From: a virus
Virus record (IMG/VR): IMGVR_UViG_3300020420_000721
Coordinates: 1 to 64,000 of that record
DNA length: 64,000 nucleotides
Reading direction: 5' to 3' (one strand)
The notes under the pieces were generated by a model. The model ran no database searches, was not told the DNA's origin, and saw only the letters and a list, made by a program, of their open reading frames with translations. Positions 25,418-34,916 of the stretch are shown piece by piece (within the stretch, counting starts at the first letter, position 1; the number at the start of each line of letters is the position of its first letter). The position numbers and the translations under genes are program-made.

Positions 25418-26865
25418 TTATAATTAACCTTTTCTATACTGAATGGATAGTTCGCCTCCTTGTAAAATCGTTTACGTTCAGTTAAATGTTTTTTCGAATA
25501 TTTCGCACTAGACGTTATATCCCAAATCTCGACATGGTCCTTATCTTTTGCCTTACGAACTCCACGTCCTATACTTTGTATTACTCTTACAAAACTTTTA
25601 CCAGGCTCAATGAGAACAAGATTAAAAATACGAGGTATATTAATACCCACAGAGGCAACGCCGTATGTAGCGATAACCACATGATTAGTTCCTTCATTAA
25701 TCTCATCATATGCATCTTTCCTATCTGTTGTTTTCATAACCCCACTAACAAATTGAGCATCAGGAAGATACTCAATTAGTAATTCACCAGCTTTAATTCT
25801 ATCAACTAAAACTAAAGTGTTTCCGCTATCAGATATTCTTTTTATCAATTGGCTGATATATTGCATTCTAATTTTATCTGTAGTCAAGTATGTCAATTCA
25901 GTTTGATAATTATTATATACGGCTGTTTCCAGCATTTGGATAACATTTACATGACATTTAGATAAAACTCCTTTATCTTGTAATTCACTTGCTCCTAATC
26001 TGTGTGTTACTTCACCTAAACTAGAAATAAGTCCACATTGTTCATATTCTTCTTTTGGTATTGTACCAGTTAGTCCCCAACGTAAGGGAACGTTAGAAAA
26101 ATCTTTAGTTAACAATTCTTTTAACACCTCGGCTTTTGCCTGATGTACTTCATCTACTATTACACAAACAACATCTTCAGCAAAATCCTGTAGACTGAAT
26201 TCTGATTGTGCTTCTCTAAATTTCTTTTTAATTTGATTTAAACTTTGCCAAGTACAAATTGTGTGAGTTTTTCCAAAATCTTTTCTATCACCAAAATATA
26301 CTCCAACATCTAATCCCATATTTTTATAGTCTTCATAAGTTTGTGTTACAAGACTTTTATTAGGAACAATAACAATAGTTCTACCATACTGTTCTACTTG
26401 ATGACTAAGAGCGGCTGTGATAAGTGTTTTACCTGCACCTGTAGCAATTTCTTGTAAACAGTGAGGAGTAGCCAGATATTTGTTAATAACTTCTACTTGA
26501 TAATCTCTTAACTCTATAGGTTGTCCTTCTGCAGGATGTCCTTTAGGCCATGATATTTCTTTATATGTGTCTTTTGTAATTTCTGGAAAATCCCAAGTAT
26601 ATTGTTTTCTATTATCTACAATAACTGGTTCATATCCTGCATCTATTATAGTTGGTAATATCTTTTCTAATAGATTAATAAATGTAACCCCACCTACTGT
26701 GAAATAACTGATGCAACCGTCCCAACGTCCTAACTTATAGGCTGGTACATGATAAGCATAAGGCAGAAAGAACTTTAGTTTCTTTTCACACTTTCTCCTA
26801 GTGTCAAGATCCAAGCCCTCAACCTTACAATTTACCTCATCTTTCAGAATTATCTCACATCTCAT
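25414..26865 (-). CDS. uvsW: SF2 helicase UvsW
   Basis: LRDYQ, ATGAGKT, DEVH, GLTGT, QSIGRGVR. Confidence 0.92.
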   Translation of the reverse strand: MRCEIILKDEVNCKVEGLDLDTRRKCEKKLKFFLPYAYHVPAYKLGRWDGCISYFTVGGVTFINLLEKILPTIIDAGYEPVIVDNRKQYTWDFPEITKDTYKEISWPKGHPAEGQPIELRDYQVEVINKYLATPHCLQEIATGAGKTLITAALSHQVEQYGRTIVIVPNKSLVTQTYEDYKNMGLDVGVYFGDRKDFGKTHTICTWQSLNQIKKKFREAQSEFSLQDFAEDVVCVIVDEVHQAKAEVLKELLTKDFSNVPLRWGLTGTIPKEEYEQCGLISSLGEVTHRLGASELQDKGVLSKCHVNVIQMLETAVYNNYQTELTYLTTDKIRMQYISQLIKRISDSGNTLVLVDRIKAGELLIEYLPDAQFVSGVMKTTDRKDAYDEINEGTNHVVIATYGVASVGINIPRIFNLVLIEPGKSFVRVIQSIGRGVRKAKDKDHVEIWDITSSAKYSKKHLTERKRFYKEANYPFSIEKVNYK

Positions 26866-26872
26866 ATTGTTT

Positions 26873-26900
26873 ATTATACAGGTATTACCATAATTGTCAA
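26873..26900 (-). promoter_or_regulatory. Sigma70 promoter for uvsW with leaderless geometry
   Basis: TTGACA-N16-TATAAT followed closely by the ATG, no SD. Confidence 0.7.
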
Positions 26901-26942
26901 TGTATTTAACCGTCTAGAACCGGTTTTAGAATAAAAAAGTAG

Positions 26943-26969
26943 AAAAAAAGGCCCACCGAAGTGGGCCTT
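26943..26969 (-). terminator. Intrinsic terminator
   Basis: AAGGCCCAC-UUCG-GUGGGCCUU plus U-tract. Confidence 0.9.
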
Positions 26970-26987
26970 CCAAGTTAAAAGGGGGAG

Positions 26988-27839
26988 TTAGACCCTTTTC
27001 ATGCAAGTTGCTTGAACCATTGCCTGCCATTTAGCTGACATTGACTTCTTAAGATCAGCAACCTTACAAACCATTCTTAAGGATATTTCTCTCATCCTAT
27101 CCTTATTATCGAAGATGTAATCTAGAATTTCCTGTTCCTCTTCTTTACTGAACTGGTATTCTTTAAGCATACCATCAGCAACAATTTGTTTACATCTTAG
27201 CATTTTCTCCCTAGTAGTATCCATTGTCAAATCCAAATAGTGACATCTTGACATAATAGCATCTAGGTGATCTTTAATTTTACCTCTAACATTATCAAAT
27301 TTAAGGTTAGTAATAAAAATAACTGAACCATTAAATTCGAAAGTATCAGGAATACCTTCACGTCTTAGTAAAGAGGAATCTGTGTTCCAGCTTAACTTTC
27401 TTTTCTTACTTGAGTCTAAAGCCGCCTTAAGTAAGTTCAATGAAGTCTCATCATATAGTACTGTATCACAATCATCAAGTACTAGAACATTAGACTTATC
27501 TGAATATGTGTAAAGTAACTTGTACAAACCAATTGCACTAGCGGCACCTTTTTCAATAGCAAACCTAAGTTTGTTACCAGCAAGTTTGTCAAACAAGTTA
27601 TTCTTTTCTAAAACTTCTTCAACACCAAAACTTTTACCAACACCTGGAGGGCCAGTTACTACCATACCTCTAACAACACCATCTATTGAAGCCTGTGTCA
27701 TTTCAGTTAGTATTTCAAATCTATCTCTCAATCGAGAAATAATCTGTTCATCTGTTTCTTTTGGATTATCAACTGCTTGGTTGACTACCTCTAAAAGAAC
27801 CTCACCTTTTTTATTTTTTCTTTGTAGCTTGGTTTTCAT
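26988..27839 (-). CDS. AAA+ ATPase
   Basis: GPPGVGKS, VLVLDDCD, sensor ITN, SR arginine finger. Confidence 0.85.
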   Translation of the reverse strand: MKTKLQRKNKKGEVLLEVVNQAVDNPKETDEQIISRLRDRFEILTEMTQASIDGVVRGMVVTGPPGVGKSFGVEEVLEKNNLFDKLAGNKLRFAIEKGAASAIGLYKLLYTYSDKSNVLVLDDCDTVLYDETSLNLLKAALDSSKKRKLSWNTDSSLLRREGIPDTFEFNGSVIFITNLKFDNVRGKIKDHLDAIMSRCHYLDLTMDTTREKMLRCKQIVADGMLKEYQFSKEEEQEILDYIFDNKDRMREISLRMVCKVADLKKSMSAKWQAMVQATCMKRV

Positions 27840-27841
27840 TT

Positions 27842-27957
27842 TAACTCCTTTTGTTTAACTTATATATACTACTCTATACTAAGATGCCTTACTTGTCAAG
27901 AAAAAAGTTGATCTATAACCCCTTGATTTTACTGACTTTTCGAAAAAAGTTGAAAAA
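27842..27957 (-). promoter_or_regulatory. Early promoter element, copy 1
   Basis: TTGACA-N17-TAGAGT, spacer palindrome, IHF-like AATCAAGGGGTTA, leader shared with copy 2. Confidence 0.8.
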
Positions 27958-27969
27958 GATTTCACTTTT

Positions 27970-28683
27970 TTATGCATCTAGTACCTTAACTCTGTTAAAC
28001 ATTGTCTCTTTACAACGTGTATATTTGCTAATTTCGTGTTTATTGACTGTACCACGAATCTTAATAATCTTCCCATCTAGTATATCACTAAGATCTGGTT
28101 GATCTCTCCACCAAAACTTAATAACATCTTCCTTATTATGGACAGTAGTAATCATATATACACTACTACTCTGGATAAACTTTACATCAATAACTTCAAC
28201 TTCAATATCATAACGTTTACGAGCATCACCAAAAAACTTACTAGAAGCACGTAACTTTTCATAACGATCTTCAACTTCTGCACGTTTACGATCTATATTA
28301 TGCATATGAGGCAAACTTGCTAGAACACTAACATGAAAGTTTGAAAGCTCTGGAGCATTTAAAGCATCAGCAAGACCTTTTTCAAAACTTTTTAGTTCAC
28401 CACCAAACTTCTTCATCATAAGTTTTCCATTAAACTTATCTACAATAGACTTGGCATCTTCCATAAATGTATCTGCACGTGAACCATTTTCAACTAGTTC
28501 ATTAATAACTGTTTTGTTATCTTTAATAACAGTTTTCTTATCACCATCAACTTTAGTATAACCCTCGCCACTACGAATAAATCCTTGTTTACGATAAACC
28601 TGAAGAGCAAGAGCAGTGATATCCATTGCTGAATAGTCAGAAAATTTATTAGTCTTTTTATTTTTAGGCATTTTCATCTCCAT
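27970..28683 (-). CDS. Hypothetical protein with C-terminal OB-like fold
   Basis: IKIRGTVNKH..ETMFNRVK beta-barrel pattern. Confidence 0.6.
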   Translation of the reverse strand: MEMKMPKNKKTNKFSDYSAMDITALALQVYRKQGFIRSGEGYTKVDGDKKTVIKDNKTVINELVENGSRADTFMEDAKSIVDKFNGKLMMKKFGGELKSFEKGLADALNAPELSNFHVSVLASLPHMHNIDRKRAEVEDRYEKLRASSKFFGDARKRYDIEVEVIDVKFIQSSSVYMITTVHNKEDVIKFWWRDQPDLSDILDGKIIKIRGTVNKHEISKYTRCKETMFNRVKVLDA

Positions 28684-28864
28684 TCCTTTTCATAAGAGCT
28701 TTCCAATCCTCATATGGGATATACATATCTGTATCTGGATCATAATATGATCCTTCTGTGGCATCATAATATACTACTTTGCCAGCGGCAGTTTGGAAAG
28801 GACCCTCAAGTCCTTGCCTTGCTACATATTTCTTTGGGATATCTGGAAGGATATAGTAACCCAT
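28664..28864 (-). CDS. Small hypothetical protein
   Basis: GLEGPF..YYD..EG.YYDP.TD; start at 28864 with GGAG RBS. Confidence 0.7.
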   Translation of the reverse strand: MGYYILPDIPKKYVARQGLEGPFQTAAGKVVYYDATEGSYYDPDTDMYIPYEDWKALMKRNGDENA

Positions 28865-28878
28865 TAAACAATCTCCTA

Positions 28879-29217
28879 TTAGTTTAAGTAAAGTGGACCT
28901 GTCCATCTAACAGTATATCCACCATCTAAAATGTTACCTCTTGGGGCATTCATAGCAGGTGCATTCCAACCTGCGGCTTTTAGGATATCACCTTTTCTAA
29001 ATTTTGGATGATTATCTGTAGCAACAATAAAACCCCAAACACTGTTTTCTCTGATAATTTTAATGTATTTCTTACCCTGCTTCACTTGAACATTATCATA
29101 AAAATTATCTAATACACCTTGGCTATATGAACTAATTTCCCTTTTGCCATTCTGTGTAGTCCAGTTTTCGTAATCTTTTTTGATATCTGCTAAAAGTGTG
29201 TCTATTTGGTTTTGCAT
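28879..29217 (-). CDS. Early phage hypothetical protein
   Basis: GKKYIKI..GDILKAAGW.AP..RGNI; strong RBS and promoter. Confidence 0.8.
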   Translation of the reverse strand: MQNQIDTLLADIKKDYENWTTQNGKREISSYSQGVLDNFYDNVQVKQGKKYIKIIRENSVWGFIVATDNHPKFRKGDILKAAGWNAPAMNAPRGNILDGGYTVRWTGPLYLN

Positions 29218-29219
29218 TG

Positions 29220-29337
29220 TAACTCCTTTTGTTTAACTTATACTCTTATAATATAGTAAGATGTCTTACCTGTCAAGAAAAAAGTTCGATAAAAAAGCCA
29301 ATAAAATCAAGGCCTTTCAAAAAAAGTTGAAAAAAAG
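29220..29337 (-). promoter_or_regulatory. Early promoter element, copy 2
   Basis: TTGACA-N17-TATTAT; perfect GTAAGA-N2-TCTTAC palindrome at 29256-29269. Confidence 0.8.
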
Positions 29338-29338
29338 T

Positions 29339-29968
29339 TTATATTTTTGGAAGTTTTTTGCGAGAGCCAAACCCTATTATGGATAATTTCCAGGGTCCTC
29401 CCATTTTTGAGGGTAGTTCTTTGTCTTTTAAGAACCAACTGCTATTATGCCATTGTTTTGTATTAAAAACATATGCTGTCTGTGTATTCCATTTGTATAT
29501 GTCTAATGCTTTTAAGTCATATACTTGTTTTCTATATTTTACGCCTTTTGGAAAGTGTAAAAATAATTGAGGATCAAAAAATTCTTTAGTCTGCCAATCT
29601 ATTATATTACTGTCATCTTCATTTCTCATTGCATTATGTTTATACATAAGTTTATCTTCTGTAAATTTATCATAACTAATAGTGTATGGGTGTAAACAAG
29701 TCCAGTATAAAGGAATAATAACTCCAGCTACTAACTCATAACCTTTTTCATCTACAGTATAATCAGTGTGTAAACCTACTGGAACACTACTTTGAAAATA
29801 TTCAAAATTCCAGTTAAGTCCTGGCAGTAGATCTATTTTGTCATCTACTGGTGCAAATTTATTTAGATTTTTATATCCACGACGTTTAACTTCTTTAGAA
29901 ACCATTAAGCCCATGGCTTTCTTTTTATGATATTCAATATCTAAATCGTGTTCATATGTACCAAACAT
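29339..29968 (-). CDS. Putative 2OG-Fe(II) oxygenase
   Basis: LHTD (HxD), VIIPL, YVFN..WHNS distal His, terminal KLSI strand. Confidence 0.6.
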   Translation of the reverse strand: MFGTYEHDLDIEYHKKKAMGLMVSKEVKRRGYKNLNKFAPVDDKIDLLPGLNWNFEYFQSSVPVGLHTDYTVDEKGYELVAGVIIPLYWTCLHPYTISYDKFTEDKLMYKHNAMRNEDDSNIIDWQTKEFFDPQLFLHFPKGVKYRKQVYDLKALDIYKWNTQTAYVFNTKQWHNSSWFLKDKELPSKMGGPWKLSIIGFGSRKKLPKI

Positions 29969-30211
29969 TTATTCTTTAAATTTTTCCATTTGTTCTTTAG
30001 TCCATCTATTACCTTTGTAATCTCTATCACGAAAGGGTAAAGGCATTCTGTCTACATAAAGTTTATTAGGACATGAATACTCTTTTAGTGTTCTAGCGAA
30101 CTCTTTTGTTGAGTCTATACATTGATAAAAACAAAGTAGATCTTTTTCAACAATCATTTCATTCTTTATAGAGCATTGTAACATTCCTGCTACTGCTAGT
30201 TCTAATACCAT
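29969..30211 (-). CDS. Small four-cysteine protein
   Basis: C..CFYQC..CP; TAATG-coupled to dadA. Confidence 0.65.
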   Translation of the reverse strand: MVLELAVAGMLQCSIKNEMIVEKDLLCFYQCIDSTKEFARTLKEYSCPNKLYVDRMPLPFRDRDYKGNRWTKEQMEKFKE

Positions 30212-31362
30212 TAGTTATCCTTTCCAATTTGTTTTGCTATCAACGATGCAGTATAAGCTGATAATGTCCAACCTAAATGCCCGTGACCAGTATTATAGTA
30301 TATATTCTTATTGTACTTATTCTGTTTAATTATGGGCATCATATTTGGTGTCATGGGCCTTAACCCTGCCCAAGGAGTAATGTGTTCTGTATTAATTCCA
30401 GGAAACATTCTTTCGCTCCAATTTATTAATGGCATAATTCTACTTCGTATAATATCTGTATTATATCCATTAAATTCTGCGGTACCTGCTACTCTTAATC
30501 TATCCTCACCTAATCTACTTGTAACAATTTTCGCTTCATCGTCTAGCATACTTGTCCATGGTGCTACATCAGGATTTTGAATAGTTATAGAATATCCTTT
30601 TACAGGATATATAGGTAAATCATCACCTACTGTTTTTGCCAATTCTCTACTATGAACTCCTGCACAAACAACAATAGGAATATTCAATCTTATACTTGTA
30701 AGTTCTGCTTGTATATGTTTTACTTTATATTTTGTTTGTAATACATGAAACAAATTAATACAAAATTTATGAATATCTCCTGTAAAGTCAGTTTCGTTAA
30801 AAAACCCACCTAATAGTTTAGGAGGTGGAACTAATGCTGGTTCTATTTCTAAACATTCTTTTGCTGATACTTGCCACCTATCCAGGCCTGCTTTTCTGTA
30901 TAGTTTATTAACTTTTTTAGCATTATCAAATTCTTTTTGATTAGTATAGATATGTAGAATACCTTTTTCAACCATATCAAACTGTATATCTTCTTCTTTT
31001 GCTATTTGTTTATAAAGTGTATGAGCTTTTAATGCCCATTCGCAAGTTTTACTTGTATTATGATTTGCTTCAGGAATAGCTCTTATAAATTTGTAAATCC
31101 AACTGTATTTGTCTATACTAAAACTTGGATTAAACTTTAAAGGAGCATCATCTTTTAGAAGCCATTTAATTCCTTTGCCTATATTCCGCCAACTATTCCA
31201 GGTTTCAGCATTGCTGGCACTGAGTTGACCACCATTTGCATAACTGGTCGCCATTGCTGGATATTTTCTCTTGTCGTAAATTACTACTTCGTGACCTGCT
31301 TTCGCTAGGAAGTAAGCAGTGGTGATACCTGTAATTCCGGCACCAACTACGGCAATTTTCAT
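30211..31362 (-). CDS. dadA: D-amino acid dehydrogenase (FAD)
   Basis: GAGITG, TSYANGGQLS, YPVKGYS, RVAGTAE, WAGLRPMTP, NTGHGHLGWT. Confidence 0.9.
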   Translation of the reverse strand: MKIAVVGAGITGITTAYFLAKAGHEVVIYDKRKYPAMATSYANGGQLSASNAETWNSWRNIGKGIKWLLKDDAPLKFNPSFSIDKYSWIYKFIRAIPEANHNTSKTCEWALKAHTLYKQIAKEEDIQFDMVEKGILHIYTNQKEFDNAKKVNKLYRKAGLDRWQVSAKECLEIEPALVPPPKLLGGFFNETDFTGDIHKFCINLFHVLQTKYKVKHIQAELTSIRLNIPIVVCAGVHSRELAKTVGDDLPIYPVKGYSITIQNPDVAPWTSMLDDEAKIVTSRLGEDRLRVAGTAEFNGYNTDIIRSRIMPLINWSERMFPGINTEHITPWAGLRPMTPNMMPIIKQNKYNKNIYYNTGHGHLGWTLSAYTASLIAKQIGKDN

Positions 31363-31380
31363 GATACATTATTCTCCTTG

Positions 31381-32250
31381 TTATTTGTTGTCCCACTTTT
31401 TGTCAATTAATAGACGCATAGGTAGTCGTGTACCTACATTTATATCATTATGTTTAGCAATATGAATTGCATCTGTTTCTTCTAGTCCTAAATCATAACA
31501 CACTCTTGAATAGGTGTCACTATATTTGTTCCACAAAAAATCGGAACTAAAATGTTCCATCATCTTTATACCTATCCATTGATCACTAACATTGTGATAA
31601 CCATATTCATTCATTATACTAATAGGTCCTTTTATTTTTTCTCTACTGTATCTTATTCCAATACGTTGATTGCCCATTGCTAGGCTTTTACTTAAACTGA
31701 TACTCACTGTTTGGATAGCTGGATGACTACAGTCTAATTCAAAATTACGAACACAACCAAACCAAGCACCATCTATATGTACTGCTATTTTATTATGCCA
31801 ACAATGATCCAACATACTATACATATCTTGAATATAGTTAGTAGTGAAACAATTTGGTAAACTGACAATTAAAATATCCCCTGGCTGTAATTGAGTATAG
31901 TGTTCAATAACTTTTATTTTTTGTTCTAATCTCCAATGATATTTATACTCAAAGTTATATACTGCAATGTTACCTTTATGTAAAAAATGCAATTCATCAA
32001 GAGTGTGTGTTACTCCCAATATTGAATCTTTGTAGGGGAAACTATCAAGACCAAAATATTCACATTGTTTATGACTTTTTATCCAGCTATCAATTTGAGA
32101 TAGAAATTCTGCATTATATTCTTTTCCTCTTTTAGGATAAGTTTCTAATGTTAATTTTTTTCTAAATTTAATAAACTCATCTAAATTAATAGGTCTAGGA
32201 CGATGTGTTCTTAAATCATCTAATGTTATGCTCTGATAGGTTCTTTCCAT
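31381..32250 (-). CDS. Fold-type I PLP enzyme (class I/II aminotransferase-like), short C-terminus
   Basis: SLP, HIDGAW, SLSKSL..GNQRIG. Confidence 0.75.
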   Translation of the reverse strand: MERTYQSITLDDLRTHRPRPINLDEFIKFRKKLTLETYPKRGKEYNAEFLSQIDSWIKSHKQCEYFGLDSFPYKDSILGVTHTLDELHFLHKGNIAVYNFEYKYHWRLEQKIKVIEHYTQLQPGDILIVSLPNCFTTNYIQDMYSMLDHCWHNKIAVHIDGAWFGCVRNFELDCSHPAIQTVSISLSKSLAMGNQRIGIRYSREKIKGPISIMNEYGYHNVSDQWIGIKMMEHFSSDFLWNKYSDTYSRVCYDLGLEETDAIHIAKHNDINVGTRLPMRLLIDKKWDNK

Positions 32251-33137
32251 TTTTCTATTATCGCGTCTAATTTACAAGGACAATATGTTACATTACACGT
32301 TATCTCCTTTTCTGGCATCTCATATTCTCCAAATATATTACCAATTTTTCCGCCAACTGTTTGTGTACATCTATATATGTCACCAGTTTTATCAACAAAT
32401 AATCTCTTTAATCCTGCCATACATTTCCAACCATTAAATTTATGTTGATCATTAGCTTGTAATTCAGCCCAATGTTTTTTGTAGCCATCAACAAAAATTT
32501 TACGTGGAATATCCCATTCAATACCAAACGGTTTTTGTCCAATGTGTCTGGCGTTTATAGCCCAATCTTTTTGTTCTTGATTGAAGTCCATAAGGTCAGG
32601 TTTCTCAATATTTTGCCGTGTTAGTCTAGGTATCACACTTACCTTTAATTGTTTTAATCTGTTATGTAATTTTTTAGCACGTTCAAAGTTTTCTGGAGTA
32701 ACCATTAACGGAACATTTACAGTAGTTCTTTCATGTAATACTTCTGCTACACGATAAAAATGATCATCATCAGCTTCTTCACTATGCCAACTTAAAAAAA
32801 TAAAACAATTCTTTTTAGTATGAAAATTTTCCCAATAACGAATTGTACGACTTGCATTTGTAGAAAATTCTATAAACGTATTGTCGTTACTAATAGTATC
32901 TATGAAATCTGAAAATTTTGGTTGCAATGTTGGTTCGCCTCCTAATATTTCAACATAGACATACTTATTACGTTTTTCAACTTCCTTAATAAAATTTATC
33001 CATGGAGTCCAGTTATCACTCCAACGGTAACTACCATCTCTATGATAATCGTTACAATATGAACAATTATAATTACAGACATTGTGTGTGAATAAAGTAA
33101 CTATTGCACAATCAGGATTATTATTATCTAGACGCAT
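32226..33137 (-). CDS. Radical SAM protein with Twitch/SPASM-like tail
   Basis: CNYNCSYC, GGEP, STN; C.AG..GDIYRC..C..CPC. Confidence 0.9.
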   Translation of the reverse strand: MRLDNNNPDCAIVTLFTHNVCNYNCSYCNDYHRDGSYRWSDNWTPWINFIKEVEKRNKYVYVEILGGEPTLQPKFSDFIDTISNDNTFIEFSTNASRTIRYWENFHTKKNCFIFLSWHSEEADDDHFYRVAEVLHERTTVNVPLMVTPENFERAKKLHNRLKQLKVSVIPRLTRQNIEKPDLMDFNQEQKDWAINARHIGQKPFGIEWDIPRKIFVDGYKKHWAELQANDQHKFNGWKCMAGLKRLFVDKTGDIYRCTQTVGGKIGNIFGEYEMPEKEITCNVTYCPCKLDAIIEKWKEPIRA

Positions 33138-34164
33138 TTTGTTCCTTTGCTAATACTTGTTTGTTAACTAGATATGAACCTTTATCACCACAAGTTAAAA
33201 TACATCTTTGTATATATTCAGGATGTTCAGAATACCATCTGGACTTTAACGTTTTATAAAAATCATTATTTAAAATATCTATAATATTATGTTTGTAAAG
33301 ATTATTCCAACCTTCTGGATAGTTCTCTAACCATTTTATATTTTTCCTAATTGAACCATCAGCAATATAACAACAGGGCCAAACATTACCACTAGCTGAT
33401 ATATAAATTTCTGGAGTATTAAGATGTTTACAAGTTATAGTTGGAATTTTTGAATCTAAAAGTTTGTAATCTCCCTTTGCTGATGCCTTATAAAAATTTT
33501 TAATTTGTGACATATCTTTAGGGTTTACGTGTTGGTCTCCACCATCTCTAATCATTACCTTTTCTGTTTCTTTTTTCTTTGTTTTTAATTTTTTCTTTGC
33601 CGCCCATATAACATTTCTACCACTAGTTCTAACAGTAAAACGAATCCCTAATCTTTCTGCATGAGCTTGAGCTACCGGTAAATCGTCTTGATTGTGTTCA
33701 AAACTAATAAACTGCCAACGGCCATCTCCTCCAGCACCAACAAATGCTTCTAGATTTCTTATAACATTTTGCCATTTAACATTTTGCCTATAGATATGAT
33801 TAGTATGTTCATGTCCATCTATACAAAAATCAACGCCTACTCTAGGAATTTTTGCAAATTCTTTCCACCAGTCAGTAGTATTAATACCACCATTTGTGCT
33901 AATAAAAACTTTGCATTTTTTATCACTAAAAAATTTAACAATTTCGAATAACTCTGGATTTAGAATAGGATCTCCAGATACCCCACATAACTTTATTTCA
34001 ACGCCTTCCATTTCCTCATTTTTAAAAATATTGTATAGAAGATCAAAAGGCAAGTTATTATTACCACGAAGTGGCATATTCAGTCTAGTTCTGATGCATA
34101 ACGGACAAGCCGCATTGCAGTCTGAACTTACTTCTAATTCATACTCTCGGAAATGCTCTAGCAT
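33124..34164 (-). CDS. Radical SAM protein with Twitch/SPASM-like tail
   Basis: CNAACPLC, GDP, STNG; C..IYISASGNVWPCC..C..C. Confidence 0.9.
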   Translation of the reverse strand: MLEHFREYELEVSSDCNAACPLCIRTRLNMPLRGNNNLPFDLLYNIFKNEEMEGVEIKLCGVSGDPILNPELFEIVKFFSDKKCKVFISTNGGINTTDWWKEFAKIPRVGVDFCIDGHEHTNHIYRQNVKWQNVIRNLEAFVGAGGDGRWQFISFEHNQDDLPVAQAHAERLGIRFTVRTSGRNVIWAAKKKLKTKKKETEKVMIRDGGDQHVNPKDMSQIKNFYKASAKGDYKLLDSKIPTITCKHLNTPEIYISASGNVWPCCYIADGSIRKNIKWLENYPEGWNNLYKHNIIDILNNDFYKTLKSRWYSEHPEYIQRCILTCGDKGSYLVNKQVLAKEQNASR

Positions 34165-34181
34165 ATCGATATTTATGCTAG
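34158..34181 (-). promoter_or_regulatory. Late promoter inside a start-codon-sequestering hairpin
   Basis: CTAGCATA-N8-TATGCTAG inverted repeat; TAAATA-N5-ATG. Confidence 0.65.
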
Positions 34182-34183
34182 TA

Positions 34184-34642
34184 TTAGAGTCCTATATCTT
34201 CAAGACCTGCGGCTCTAAGTTTAACTATGTTGTTAATTTGGAATTGTTTAGCATCTAGGGCTTTCATTACACCTAGAAATCTATTACGTACTAGACTAAA
34301 ATCATTAATAAGATATTGAAGCGATACAACATCTTCTTCGCCATCTACATACTTTTCTGCATCTCTACTTGTTAGTGCCTTATTATAATTTTCCAAGTAT
34401 TTACGAAATGTTTTACTTCGTAATTTTCGCATCTCAGTATTTAGATATTCCAGTATCGCTTCTACTTCTTGTAACTGATTAAATCTATGTTCTACAATAC
34501 CTGGCATATCTCTACTCTGCTTTTCTAAATTGCCTTTCATTCCACATTCATATTTTGCTTCATCTATTTGTGCTTCAAAGTATGTAATTGCTGGAACAAT
34601 ATCCGCCATATCAGCAGTAACTTTTCTATACCAAGTACTCAT
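34184..34642 (-). CDS. uvsY: Recombination mediator UvsY
   Basis: Helical; YLENY..LTSRDAEKYVDGE; beside uvsX. Confidence 0.75.
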   Translation of the reverse strand: MSTWYRKVTADMADIVPAITYFEAQIDEAKYECGMKGNLEKQSRDMPGIVEHRFNQLQEVEAILEYLNTEMRKLRSKTFRKYLENYNKALTSRDAEKYVDGEEDVVSLQYLINDFSLVRNRFLGVMKALDAKQFQINNIVKLRAAGLEDIGL

Positions 34643-34643
34643 A

Positions 34644-34916
34644 TTACCATCTATCCTCGTCGTCTTCGTCTATATATTCACCTTCTTCTTCGTATTCATC
34701 TTCCTCTTCTTGCTCTAACCATTCATCTAATGCATCAGATAAAAATGAATCATGATCAGCTATGTCTGCAAAACAAGCCTTAACGTCAAATCCAAAATCA
34801 ACCAGATGTCTGATAAACTCCGTAGCATACTTTTCACGTACTTTATCTTCCATCATGTTGGTTGATGTATCATAAATTGTTAATATAAATTCAATGTCAC
34901 CATCACTCAGATTCAT
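34644..34916 (-). CDS. Hypothetical protein with highly acidic tail
   Basis: EEEDEYEEEGEYIDEDDED. Confidence 0.7.
   Translation of the reverse strand: MNLSDGDIEFILTIYDTSTNMMEDKVREKYATEFIRHLVDFGFDVKACFADIADHDSFLSDALDEWLEQEEEDEYEEEGEYIDEDDEDRW

Noticed and set aside
29969-30211. Cys microprotein as RiPP precursor for the radical SAM enzymes
   Set aside because: No recognisable leader, RRE/PqqD domain, protease or exporter; looks more like a disulfide-bonded small protein. Not fully excluded.
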